From an uncultured Pseudomonadales bacterium (GTDB lineage Bacteria; Pseudomonadota; Gammaproteobacteria; Pseudomonadales; Porticoccaceae): DNA of 64,000 nucleotides. Within the stretch, counting starts at the first letter, position 1, and the number at the start of each line of letters is the position of its first letter. Below, piece after piece: positions 1 to 9,102 of this stretch. Where the stretch lies: positions 5,433 through 69,432 of the forward strand of contig CALSSZ010000008.1 in assembly GCA_943789145.1 (NCBI GenBank), given 5' to 3'. The notes beneath the pieces are model-generated. The model was not told the DNA's origin, did not search any database, and saw nothing but the letters and a program-made list of their open reading frames with translations. The position numbers and the translations under genes were made by a program.

Positions 1-662
1 AGCTGCTATTGCACAAGCATCGCTGCAAGCTGTGCAACACCTCCATGGATAGCTATCTGCTCGACGAGACCCGCAAATTGCATGTCTGTGGTAATAACCC
101 GGACTGTATTGGTCATGAGGTAGAGTTTGGCCAGTATGTGATCAAAGGCTATGAGGGCCCGGTGATTGACTGCGATAAATGTGGCAGCGAGATGCAGCTT
201 AAGACGGGTCGCTTTGGCAAATACTTTGGCTGTACCGGCGAAACGGAGCCCGATGTTCCCTGCAAAAATACGCGCAAATTGTTGCGCAATGGTGAGGCCG
301 CGCCGCCCAAGGTAGACCCTATTGCTATGCCAGAACTGCGCTGTGTCAAAGTTGAAGACCATTATGTATTGCGCGATGGTGCCTCGGGTATATTTCTTGC
401 CGCCAGCCAGTTCCCGCGACACCGCGAAACTCGGGCACCAACCGTAGAAGAGCTATTGCCCTACAAAGATCGCATTGATGAGAAGTACCAGTTTTTGCTT
501 ACAGCCCCGGTGTTAGATCCGGAGGGAAGGCCCACAGTCATTCGCTATAGCCGCAAAACCAAAGAGCAGTATGTGCGCAGTGAAGACGATGGCAAGCCCA
601 CCGGCTGGAGTGCTTTTTACAGTAATGGCAACTGGAAGCCTGCTGAAAAAGGCAGCAGTTAG
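1..662 (+). CDS. topA: DNA topoisomerase I, C-terminal portion (5' end outside window)
   Basis: Frame is open from the window edge to TAG 660-662. Cys4 zinc-ribbon repeats (CKLC...CGNNPDC; CDKCGSEM...) and a basic tail are typical of the TopA C-terminal domain. Confidence 0.85.
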   Translation, partial: LLLHKHRCKLCNTSMDSYLLDETRKLHVCGNNPDCIGHEVEFGQYVIKGYEGPVIDCDKCGSEMQLKTGRFGKYFGCTGETEPDVPCKNTRKLLRNGEAAPPKVDPIAMPELRCVKVEDHYVLRDGASGIFLAASQFPRHRETRAPTVEELLPYKDRIDEKYQFLLTAPVLDPEGRPTVIRYSRKTKEQYVRSEDDGKPTGWSAFYSNGNWKPAEKGSS

Positions 663-667
663 AAAGC

Positions 668-1180
668 GTGGCTCAGTCGACTTATCTGTCTGCGGTTAAT
701 CAGAAATGTCTGTTTGCGGCTCAATTGCTGGCCTCGGCCAATAAAAAAAACAGCCATCAGACAGTGGCCCTGGTGCAGTCCGTAGCGCTGCAGCTCTATC
801 AGGCCTGGCACTGGCATCTCTGTGATATTGCCAGTAGCTATAAGGTCGCCGAACCAGATAGAGTTACAGATGCTGACAATCTTGTGGAGATGCTTGAGGC
901 AATGGGCAAGTGTCCAGCCGAAGCCTCGGAGGTGCGCAGTTTGTTAGCCGACAGAGACTCATGGGCCTCGCAGCTATTAACTGCCCATGCCCAGCTGTAT
1001 CAATTGCCTCAGATACGCAGAGCAGAAATGGATGTAGACAGACTGCCCATGATCGCCGTAGATGCCCTGGCGGCTGATGGTCAGCAGCAGGTTGAATGGG
1101 ATGTTGAGATGGCACAGAATTGGCTGGATAAAATGTGTGAACTTACAGAGCGACACCGGGATTTGATGGTGGAGTTTTAA
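668..1180 (+). CDS. conserved hypothetical protein (170 aa, GTG start)
   Basis: Long ORF 5 nt after the topA stop on the same strand. No recognisable catalytic motif. Confidence 0.55.
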   Translation: MAQSTYLSAVNQKCLFAAQLLASANKKNSHQTVALVQSVALQLYQAWHWHLCDIASSYKVAEPDRVTDADNLVEMLEAMGKCPAEASEVRSLLADRDSWASQLLTAHAQLYQLPQIRRAEMDVDRLPMIAVDALAADGQQQVEWDVEMAQNWLDKMCELTERHRDLMVEF

Positions 1181-1263
1181 CCATTAGCACAGAGCTGCTA
1201 AACTTAGATAATAGATGCAGCCAAACACAGATATCACTACGCAGAATAGCTAGGAAGTAAAAC

Positions 1264-1509
1264 ATGGCTCTAACAGAGTTTGAATTGATTATGCTTGAAG
1301 ACGGAGAGGTTGCACTGCAGCGATCCGGTTCCGATCAGCCACTGGTGCGTATCAGTTTCTCGAAAGAGGTTCTGGACTATCTGGAGGGCAAGCATCTGGA
1401 TGTTGCCAAGAGCATGATGGACGCCGGCATTCAGACTGTGTTTGATATCAACGAAGAGCGTGCGCCAGCGACTGTAGAGGGCGATGAAAAGCGCCACACA
1501 GTCCACTAA
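1264..1509 (+). CDS. small acidic hypothetical protein (81 aa)
   Basis: ATG preceded by AGGAAG. Sits in the topA-lexA neighbourhood. No motif recognised. Confidence 0.5.
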   Translation: MALTEFELIMLEDGEVALQRSGSDQPLVRISFSKEVLDYLEGKHLDVAKSMMDAGIQTVFDINEERAPATVEGDEKRHTVH

Positions 1510-1538
1510 ACAGAGTTGTCAGCCTTACCGGCTCGCCT

Positions 1539-1895
1539 ATGGAAAACACTGACCTATTACAGAAACTGGCCCAGCAGCGGCAGGTAGCCAGCTTTCGCCA
1601 ACATTTAATGATCTGCACTGCGGGCAAATGCGCGCCGCCAGACCAGGCTGGCGAAGCCTGGGATTATTTAAAACGGCGCATCCGCGAACTGAATCTAATG
1701 GATGTTGAGTCCGGAGTATACAGATCAAAGGTGGACTGCCTGAGAATCTGTCGTCAGGGGCCAATTATGCTCAGCTATCCGGACGGAACCTGGTATCACA
1801 GCTGCAGCCCGGACGTGATTGAGAGAATATTGCAGGAGCATGTGCTCGGCGGCCAGCCAGTGAAAGACTACGCCTTTGCCCAGAGTAATCTCTAA
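1539..1895 (+). CDS. thioredoxin-like [2Fe-2S] ferredoxin domain protein
   Basis: Cys pattern CTAGKC ... CLRICRQGP followed by YPDGTWY, typical of thioredoxin-fold 2Fe-2S ferredoxins. Confidence 0.7.
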   Translation: MENTDLLQKLAQQRQVASFRQHLMICTAGKCAPPDQAGEAWDYLKRRIRELNLMDVESGVYRSKVDCLRICRQGPIMLSYPDGTWYHSCSPDVIERILQEHVLGGQPVKDYAFAQSNL

Positions 1896-1913
1896 ACCAG
1901 CGCCCGCAAATTT

Positions 1914-2519
1914 CTAGATAGCAACCCTGACAACACCCACAGCCAGACCTTCGATAGCAAAGTCCTGGGCGCGTAAATCCACCACAATGGGAGAGTATTG
2001 CTGATTCTCCGGCAGCAGCTGAATCTCGTGCTTGCTGCGGGTTCTCTTTAGTCGCTTCACTGTGACCTCACCATCGACCCGCGCCACTACAATCTGCTGG
2101 TTTTCAGCTGTGGGCTGCTGGTGAACTGCCAGCAGATCGCCATCCATAATGCCTACATCGACCATACTCTGGCCCTGTACGCGCAGAAAATAGTCCGCAT
2201 GAGGGTGGAAACTGCCCGCTGGCATCTCCTGGTAGTCCTCAATATTTTGCTCAGCCAGTATAGGCTCACCGGCAGCTACGCGGCCGACAATGGGAATGCC
2301 ATTAAACTGGTCGACAACTCTAATCCCTCTTGAGGCGCCGGGAATCATCTCAATAACCCCTTTGCGAGCCAGGGCGCGCAGATGGTCTTCTGCCGCATTG
2401 GCCGAGCGGAAACCCAGTGTCTGAGCAATCTCTGCCCTGGTCGGTGGGTAGCCTGTCTCGTCGAGATTATCCTTTATCAGATCAAACACTTGCTGCTGTC
2501 GGGCGGTAAGACGTTCCAT
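1914..2519 (-). CDS. lexA: LexA repressor
   Basis: [15 protein letters not shown]...[10 protein letters not shown] winged-helix N-terminus, AAG cleavage region (VAAGEPI) and S24 peptidase C-terminus. Start chosen at internal Met (cat 2517-2519) with RBS AAGAGGA upstream. Confidence 0.95.
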   Translation of the reverse strand: MERLTARQQQVFDLIKDNLDETGYPPTRAEIAQTLGFRSANAAEDHLRALARKGVIEMIPGASRGIRVVDQFNGIPIVGRVAAGEPILAEQNIEDYQEMPAGSFHPHADYFLRVQGQSMVDVGIMDGDLLAVHQQPTAENQQIVVARVDGEVTVKRLKRTRSKHEIQLLPENQQYSPIVVDLRAQDFAIEGLAVGVVRVAI

Positions 2520-2542
2520 ATGCTTTTCCTCTTGTCGTATGA

Positions 2543-2558
2543 CTGTGATTATATACAG
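2543..2558. promoter_or_regulatory. SOS box (LexA operator) overlapping the lexA -10
   Basis: CTGTGATTATATACAG fits CTGT-N8-ACAG. On the minus strand TTGCGA (2570-2575), a 16-nt spacer and TATAAT (2548-2553) form a sigma70-like promoter whose -10 lies inside the box. Confidence 0.85.
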
Positions 2559-2611
2559 TATTCGAAAAATCGCAATAGGGTCTATATTTAAAGTAAAACA
2601 GAGGTAAAAAA

Positions 2612-3289
2612 ATGCTTGAAGCAAAGGTACAGGAAGCTTGGCGCGTTCTGCGCATACAGTCTGAATTAGTCGATGGAACAGATAGACTCCTAAAGTTGGG
2701 GGCAGCGGTCACCGTATTTGGCGGTGCCAGATTTGAGCCTGAGTCACAACATTATCAGCAGGCACAGATTCTCGGCGATTTGCTGGGTCGGCAAGGGGTG
2801 CCAGTGATTACCGGCGGTGGTCCGGGCATTATGGAGGGCGCGAATCGCGGCTGTCACTCTACAGCTGCGCCATCAGTGGGGCTAAATATTGAGCTGCCCT
2901 TTGAACAGACCAGCAATCCCTATCAGGATATATCGCTGGATTTTCGCTATTTTTTCGTGCGCAAGTATCTGTTTGTCAAACATGCGGTGGGCTTTGTGAT
3001 ATTTCCGGGTGGCTATGGCACTCTGGATGAGCTATTCGAGGCGCTGACCCTGGTACAGACTGGCAAGGTGAAGCCATTCCCCATTATTCTGGTGGGTTGC
3101 GACTACTGGGCGGGGCTGGTCGATTGGATTGTGCAGCGCATGCAGGATCAGGGCTGTATCTCAGAGGATGAACTGAGTCTGTTTAAACTGGTAGACAGCA
3201 GCCAAGAGGCCGCAGCACTGATACTGCAGCATATTCAACGGGAAGCGTCTGAGTTTGAACCCGAGCCAGGCGCGGAGCCCAGCCCTTAA
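2612..3289 (+). CDS. LOG family / TIGR00730-type Rossmann-fold nucleotide hydrolase
   Basis: [13 protein letters not shown] and [12 protein letters not shown] signature motifs. Confidence 0.85.
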   Translation: MLEAKVQEAWRVLRIQSELVDGTDRLLKLGAAVTVFGGARFEPESQHYQQAQILGDLLGRQGVPVITGGGPGIMEGANRGCHSTAAPSVGLNIELPFEQTSNPYQDISLDFRYFFVRKYLFVKHAVGFVIFPGGYGTLDELFEALTLVQTGKVKPFPIILVGCDYWAGLVDWIVQRMQDQGCISEDELSLFKLVDSSQEAAALILQHIQREASEFEPEPGAEPSP

Positions 3290-3603
3290 AATTCATCCCA
3301 GCCAAACTGGGAATCTGGTTCCAGGCCCGCCAGAACATCAGTGCCTGGTGCTGGCATAATAATATCGTCAGAGAAAAGACGCTGTTCCTCGCTGAGATCG
3401 AAGAGACTGCGCCAGTCCTGGGGCGGATCAGCCTGAGAGACTGACATCTGTGCCCATTGCTCCAGATCTATCTGGTCAATTTCCCCGTCTTCATACCTGA
3501 TATCTATGGTTGCGCAGTACTGATCCTGACCAATAATCTCGAACAGCCGATTGATGGCGATATCCTGATACCACTGGCCCATGGTTGGAAGTTGAGTTGC
3601 CAT
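3286..3603 (-). CDS. small acidic hypothetical protein (105 aa)
   Basis: Internal Met with good RBS (AGGAGAACTGTTATG on minus strand). The upstream part of the 152-aa ORF lacks coding character. Confidence 0.5.
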   Translation of the reverse strand: MATQLPTMGQWYQDIAINRLFEIIGQDQYCATIDIRYEDGEIDQIDLEQWAQMSVSQADPPQDWRSLFDLSEEQRLFSDDIIMPAPGTDVLAGLEPDSQFGWDEF

Positions 3604-3854
3604 AACAGTTCTCCTGACTAAGCTGCGACGGCTAAAATTACCATTAATCAGAGACCTCCGCATGGAAATTATTTTTCCACTCAAGAGCGAAGTTGGCGTG
3701 CAAATGCGATGTAGATTTTTACATAGATTATCTAAGCCACTCAAAAATATAATATTATTTTTTCTGGGCTGAAATTTGTTTCATGGTTAAAATAGCTGGG
3801 TGGAATAGCGCTACTGGGTTAAATAATAAATCCGTCTAAACAGGAAATTTTTCA

Positions 3855-4874
3855 ATGGCATATGGACGTCTGATGCTGGATCTGGCTGGCACTGAACTGA
3901 CAGCAGCAGAGCAGCAATTATTGCACAGCCCTCAGGTGGGCGGCGTTATTCTGTTTGCCCGCAATATTCAGAGTCGCGAGCAGGTGACTGCGCTCAATGC
4001 CCAGATTCGCCAGGCCTCAGATCACCTGTTGATTGCAGTTGACCAGGAGGGAGGCCGTGTGCAGCGCTTGCGTCAGGGCTTTACCCCATTTCCGCCAATG
4101 CAGGCGCTGGGCGATGCTGTGGCTGAGAACCTGGAGGCAGGCATGCAGCTGGTGCGCGATACCGGCTGGCTAATGGCTTCTGAGGTGCTGGCCTGCGGCT
4201 TTGATATCAGCTTTGCCCCGGTATTGGATGTGGATAGAGATACCAGCAGTATTATTGGCGACCGGGCTTTTTCTGATAACCCCGAGTCGGTTGTTAAACT
4301 GGCGGGAGCCTTTATTGAGGGCATGCATGAAGCAGGCATGGCAGCCACGGGCAAACATTTTCCCGGTCATGGCGGCATTGTGGCCGACAGCCATCTGGAG
4401 GCACCTGTGGATTCCAGAAGCTGGCAGCAGGTAATGGACCACGACCTCAAACCCTTTGGCGCGCTGTCCAAACTGTTGGATGGGGTGATGCCCGCGCATA
4501 TTACCTTTCCCGCAATCGATCCAGATTCCGTGGGTTTCTCGCCTTTTTGGTTGCAGCAGGTACTCAGACAGCAGCTGGGCTTTGATGGGGTGATCTTTAG
4601 CGATGATCTGAGTATGAAGGGCGCAGATGTGGCCGGTGGCTACACTGATAAGGCACGGCTGGCACTGGATGCTGGTTGCGATATGATTCTGGTGTGCAAT
4701 TGCCCAGAGGGCGCCATGGAGGTGCTGGATATGATGGAGCGCCAGGCACTGGCAGGTTCTGATAGGATTGCCGCCATGCGCGGCGCACATTCTGTAGACT
4801 GGGACAGACTCTGCGCAGATCCCAGGCGCAATAAAATTATTCAACAACTCGAAGAAATAAGTCGGAGCAGGTAA
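3855..4874 (+). CDS. nagZ: beta-N-acetylhexosaminidase
   Basis: GH3 NagZ-like sequence (GGVILFARN, VDQEGGRVQR, KHFPGHG). Confidence 0.9.
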   Translation: MAYGRLMLDLAGTELTAAEQQLLHSPQVGGVILFARNIQSREQVTALNAQIRQASDHLLIAVDQEGGRVQRLRQGFTPFPPMQALGDAVAENLEAGMQLVRDTGWLMASEVLACGFDISFAPVLDVDRDTSSIIGDRAFSDNPESVVKLAGAFIEGMHEAGMAATGKHFPGHGGIVADSHLEAPVDSRSWQQVMDHDLKPFGALSKLLDGVMPAHITFPAIDPDSVGFSPFWLQQVLRQQLGFDGVIFSDDLSMKGADVAGGYTDKARLALDAGCDMILVCNCPEGAMEVLDMMERQALAGSDRIAAMRGAHSVDWDRLCADPRRNKIIQQLEEISRSR

Positions 4875-4879
4875 TCATT

Positions 4880-5974
4880 ATGAATGCGATCGAAAATTGG
4901 TTTGTCAGCTTGGCTGGTGCTGACAACCTATGGATAGTCAATCTGTTTATTATTGTTCTCGCGGCCCTCACCGCGGGCTATATTCTCAATAAAATTATTG
5001 ACCGTCTGGAACTTCATGCCGAGAAGTCAAAAACGGTGTGGGATGACGCCTTTATCGAGGCCTGCCGCAAGCCAGCGATCTGGCTGGTATGGATTCTTGG
5101 AGTTAATTTTGCCGCCAGTGTAGCGGCGCAAAAAATGGGCTCGCCCCTGCAGAACCTGATTGACCCGATAAATCGCCTGGCGGTGATATTTCTGGGTGCG
5201 CTGTTTGTAAATAACTTTATCAAGCGCGCCGAACGCAACCTGGTGCACCCGGACTATATAGCCAAGCCTATGGATACAACCACAGTTATTGCTATAGGCA
5301 AGCTGCTGCGCGCCTCGGTGATAATCACCGCCATACTGGTGGCTCTGCAGCTGTTTGGTTACAGCATTTCGGGGCTGCTGGCCTTTGGTGGTATAGGGGG
5401 CATTGCAGTGGGCTTTGCGGCAAAAGATCTGTTGGCCAACTTTTTTGGTGGCCTGATGATCTATCTGGACCGTCCATTCTCTGTGGGAGACTGGGTACGC
5501 TCGCCGGATAAAGAAATTGAGGGAACTGTAGAGGATATAGGTTGGCGGTTGACCCGCATAAGAACCTTCGACAAGCGGCCCCTGTATATCCCCAATTCAG
5601 CCTTTGCCAGTATCTCTGTGGAGAATCCCTCTCGCATGAGTAACCGCCGCATCTACGAGACTGTGGGAATTCGCTACGCGGATATCAATGCTATGGACTC
5701 TATAATAGATCAGGTGACCGCCATGCTGATGGAGCATCCGGAGATTGATACCCAGCAGACAATGATCGTCAACTTTAATCGCTTCTCAGAGAGCTCTCTG
5801 GACTTTTTTATCTACACCTTTACCAAGACCACTGACTGGATTCTGTTCCACAAAATCAAGCAGGATATATTGCTTAGAGTGGCGGCGATTATTGAGGCCA
5901 ATCAGGCAGAAATTGCCTTTCCAACATCTACATTACATATTGAAGGGCAGGATGATCTACTGGCTGGAGAGTAG
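4880..5974 (+). CDS. mechanosensitive ion channel family protein (MscS-like)
   Basis: TM segments followed by an MscS beta-domain motif (PFSVGDWV...IEGTVEDIGWRLTRIRTFDKRPLYIPNS). Confidence 0.85.
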   Translation: MNAIENWFVSLAGADNLWIVNLFIIVLAALTAGYILNKIIDRLELHAEKSKTVWDDAFIEACRKPAIWLVWILGVNFAASVAAQKMGSPLQNLIDPINRLAVIFLGALFVNNFIKRAERNLVHPDYIAKPMDTTTVIAIGKLLRASVIITAILVALQLFGYSISGLLAFGGIGGIAVGFAAKDLLANFFGGLMIYLDRPFSVGDWVRSPDKEIEGTVEDIGWRLTRIRTFDKRPLYIPNSAFASISVENPSRMSNRRIYETVGIRYADINAMDSIIDQVTAMLMEHPEIDTQQTMIVNFNRFSESSLDFFIYTFTKTTDWILFHKIKQDILLRVAAIIEANQAEIAFPTSTLHIEGQDDLLAGE

Positions 5975-6266
5975 TTTTCAGGAGCGCTGAGTTATGCAGA
6001 TGGATAAAATGTAGTAACTGACTGGAAATTTGGCCTCTCAGCATCTACATTTCTTCAGTAAGTATTTACTGTAAGCAGATTGCGGTAGAAACTTCAGAGG
6101 TTCTCTTTTAGCAATATGGATGTTTCAAGAGGCGAATGCGGGTAGCCCAGTGTTAGAGGGTAGAGGCTGCCTAGTGATAGGGATATCGTATCATGAGCTT
6201 TTTAAGTTGGGCTGGGCATTTCTGTCCGGCTTTCTCAGTTGTTAGGTTCCCTGGGGGGCATGGCAA

Positions 6267-7223
6267 ATGCTAGCCGCTGCCCGCCGTTCAGTTTCCTGTT
6301 TCTTCAGTTTGATCCTGGTCTGTGCCGGTTGGGGTTTACTGGGCCTGGCGACCTTTGATTATGTGGCATCGCAATTTTTTGCTGTGATTCCCGGATCAAC
6401 TCAGATGCAAATTTGGTGTGGTCTTCTGGGCATGGCCATCAGCAGCTGTGTGACTTTTTTAGGGCACAATCAGATTGTTCAAGAGATTTTGCCTGCTCTG
6501 GTTGCGCGTCTGCCTGGCTACAGTTTATTGCATAGCTGTTGCAGCTGGTTGCACAGTATTTTAAAGCGCTTTTATTCTCTGCTCTATCAGACCGCCGATG
6601 TTATTTTTTGTGTTGGGATTCCTATATTAATTCTCACCTCTATGGTGGGCTGGTGGCTTGTAGAGGAAGTAAACGGCTCCATGCTGCTGTTCTATATTGG
6701 GCTTATTAGCGTTATTGCGGTGGCCGGAATTTACAACAATGCAGTGCGCATGCTGGCGCTGGGTTATTTCAATGGCTACTGGATTATTGACGATAATAAA
6801 CTGGCCTACCCCTTTGAGGCGCCCATGCTGGTAGATGAAACTACAGGGTTAATGCTGGGGCAGATGGGCAATGCACTCTGGCCGATGATGATCATAGTCG
6901 GGGTGCTGTTTTACTTTTGCTATTGGCTGATGACCTGCAGGCGCTTTCTGGCTGAGGGCGATGGGCAGGATCAGATAATAAGTTTTGAGAAACTGTTTAA
7001 ACAGTCCCTGGTCACCAGGCTATTGGTGCTGGCTATTCTGTTGCTGGGGTCAGTGGCTGCCTTTATATTTATCAGTGCCATGGAGGACCTTATCAATATC
7101 CACTGCTTTTTCGCCACATTGGCAATTTTCTGGCTGGATGCCCTGTGGCGGGTTGAGTTTGAGTCAGAGCCGACACTCTGTGGCGACTGCAGATATTTAC
7201 TGTCCGGTCAATGGCGACCCTGA
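6267..7223 (+). CDS. Cys/Trp-rich polytopic membrane protein, unknown function
   Basis: 318-aa ORF with about 8 hydrophobic segments. No family recognised. Start uncertain. Confidence 0.45.
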   Translation: MLAAARRSVSCFFSLILVCAGWGLLGLATFDYVASQFFAVIPGSTQMQIWCGLLGMAISSCVTFLGHNQIVQEILPALVARLPGYSLLHSCCSWLHSILKRFYSLLYQTADVIFCVGIPILILTSMVGWWLVEEVNGSMLLFYIGLISVIAVAGIYNNAVRMLALGYFNGYWIIDDNKLAYPFEAPMLVDETTGLMLGQMGNALWPMMIIVGVLFYFCYWLMTCRRFLAEGDGQDQIISFEKLFKQSLVTRLLVLAILLLGSVAAFIFISAMEDLINIHCFFATLAIFWLDALWRVEFESEPTLCGDCRYLLSGQWRP

Positions 7224-7280
7224 GAACAGTTTTGCCGCGTATAATGGGACTCAGTTTTTAATGCTATTCAGGAAAGGCTT

Positions 7281-7826
7281 ATGCGTTTGCTTACCGTGGC
7301 TGTTGTGTCTCTCAGCCTGTGGGGATGTCTGGGGGCACCCGAGGGTGTAGAACCTGTTAATAATTTTAAGCTAGAGTCCTATCTGGGGCGATGGTATGAA
7401 ATTGCCCGGTTAGATCACTCCTTTGAGCGCGGTTTGCATCAGGTCACTGCAGACTATTCTGTCCGTGATGATGGCGGTATAAGAGTGATCAATAGTGGTC
7501 GATCTGCGCAGACGGGGGAGCGCAGCGAGGCGGAGGGACGAGCCTACTTTGTAGAGAACGAGGATGTTGGCTATCTCAAAGTGTCTTTTTTTGGGCCATT
7601 TTTTGGCTCCTATATTATCTTTGACCTGGATGCCGATTATCAATACGCCTTTGTGGCCGGCAACAGCACGGATTATCTGTGGCTGCTGGCGCGCACTCCG
7701 CAGGTTTCAGACCAGGTTGTGGCGCGATTTTTAGCTCGGGCAGAGGCGCTGGGTTTTGATACTCAGCAACTGATCTATGTGCAGCAGTTGCCTGAAGATA
7801 GCAAAGAGCCACCTGCAGAAGGGTAA
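7281..7826 (+). CDS. blc: outer-membrane lipocalin lipoprotein
   Basis: Lipobox LWGC. Lipocalin motif YLGRWYEIARLDHSFERG. Confidence 0.85.
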   Translation: MRLLTVAVVSLSLWGCLGAPEGVEPVNNFKLESYLGRWYEIARLDHSFERGLHQVTADYSVRDDGGIRVINSGRSAQTGERSEAEGRAYFVENEDVGYLKVSFFGPFFGSYIIFDLDADYQYAFVAGNSTDYLWLLARTPQVSDQVVARFLARAEALGFDTQQLIYVQQLPEDSKEPPAEG

Positions 7827-7837
7827 CAAAAACAAGT

Positions 7838-9082
7838 CTACTCTGAGGTTAGGTCGCCAATCTCTTCACCGATCCTGTCGACGCTCTCGGCAGGGGGCTG
7901 TGGGTTTAGCAGAACGGGTTCGTAGCTTTTAATACTCAGCATAATGCCCATCTTGGGGTGATCTATATAGTAGACCTCGTTTTCGTCCAGGCGCATGGAC
8001 TTTTTTAATGTCCACAGCTCGGTCACTGGATACTGTTTGGGTTTAGCTGATTGCTGATTTGTTAGCTCAAGTAGTTGCTGGCTGGCCTGGGGATGGATTC
8101 CTGCCAAACCCTCTAACCTCTCGAACCCCTCTAAATCTTCCAGGCTTGCCGGGTTATCCATATCCAGGCCCTGAAACCGGTCAATATCCATCGGCTGCAG
8201 GCTGGCCAGGTTGGAATAATAGTCCTGGCTGTGCTGGGTTGTGGGTAGTTCGGGCTGGGCTGCTGTAGGCAGATCAGGTAGCTCAATAAGCTGAGTGCTG
8301 TCATTGCTAAACTGCGCCAGCCACAGGTTGCTTTGAAAGTGCACAAAGCGGGATCTGTAAAAGCGCAGCGACCCTTCAATCTGATGGCGGTCGTCAAGTT
8401 GCTGTCCGGCTTTTATCAGCAGCCATGGGTCATTTTCTTCCCCCTGGCTGGCAAAGCGCCAGGCATTGTGAAACACCACATTATAGCCGCGACGATCCAG
8501 CGCCAGTGCACTCTGGTTAAGATCGCGAAATTCGCTGTCAAGCAATAGCAGCGGCTGCTCGTATCTGGGTTGATAGGCGCTGCCATCAGCGAGCTGCTGA
8601 TCCAGAGCCTGGGCTTCGGCAAGACGCTGTGCTGCAAGGGTTATGGCATCTGCCTCGACGCGCTGGCCCTGAAACTGCGAGATAGCCGGGTCCTCAACCT
8701 GTGCCCGGGGAATAAATCTGGGTTGAGGCTCAGTTTTCGGGTCCTGAAATCTGCCCACACTTAACAGAGCGCCCTCGGCGATTGGCGGAGTGGATCCATT
8801 ATGGGTCAAGCGGGGGTCTATGAGGACTTGCCAGTTTTCTGGAAAGGCTAGCTGGTAGTCCAGAGGAGGCGCTTCAGTACCGGTATTTCCCTGTTGGGTA
8901 AAAAGTATAACTTCAACCTGATACCAGTTATCTGGAGGAATAATCTGTTGCGAGTTGTTCTCCGGGGTTTCTTCAGCCACTGTTGCGACTGAGACAGCAA
9001 AGCCCAGAACCCAGCTGAGGCAGACTAATCTACTGTGCTTCAGTGCTTGCAAAGTCTCTGTTTGGATGCTGCTCTGGGTCAT
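7838..9082 (-). CDS. CsiV-like periplasmic protein (tentative)
   Basis: Signal-peptide-like N-terminus. Lies immediately downstream of mfd, as I recall for the CsiV family. WYQVEVILF motif. Assignment is from memory only. Confidence 0.5.
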   Translation of the reverse strand: MTQSSIQTETLQALKHSRLVCLSWVLGFAVSVATVAEETPENNSQQIIPPDNWYQVEVILFTQQGNTGTEAPPLDYQLAFPENWQVLIDPRLTHNGSTPPIAEGALLSVGRFQDPKTEPQPRFIPRAQVEDPAISQFQGQRVEADAITLAAQRLAEAQALDQQLADGSAYQPRYEQPLLLLDSEFRDLNQSALALDRRGYNVVFHNAWRFASQGEENDPWLLIKAGQQLDDRHQIEGSLRFYRSRFVHFQSNLWLAQFSNDSTQLIELPDLPTAAQPELPTTQHSQDYYSNLASLQPMDIDRFQGLDMDNPASLEDLEGFERLEGLAGIHPQASQQLLELTNQQSAKPKQYPVTELWTLKKSMRLDENEVYYIDHPKMGIMLSIKSYEPVLLNPQPPAESVDRIGEEIGDLTSE

Positions 9083-9102
9083 TATCGTTCCCTGTTATAG
9101 GC

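Noticed and set aside
6-422. 138-aa minus-strand ORF, and similar long antisense or overlapping ORFs: 11437-12153 in mfd, 19806-20399 and 19939-20445 in nqrF, 33657-34292 in gcvP, 58855-59532 in fdsB, 61752-62318 in fdsA, and 4170-4847 in nagZ.
   Set aside because: Each lies entirely inside a well-supported conserved gene on the other strand or frame. Their compositions are low-complexity, Arg/Cys/His-rich, as is typical of shadow ORFs, and they have no motifs.
6985-7350. 121-aa ORF bridging the membrane-protein gene and blc.
   Set aside because: It overlaps both neighbours out of frame and has a Cys/Trp-rich shadow-ORF composition.
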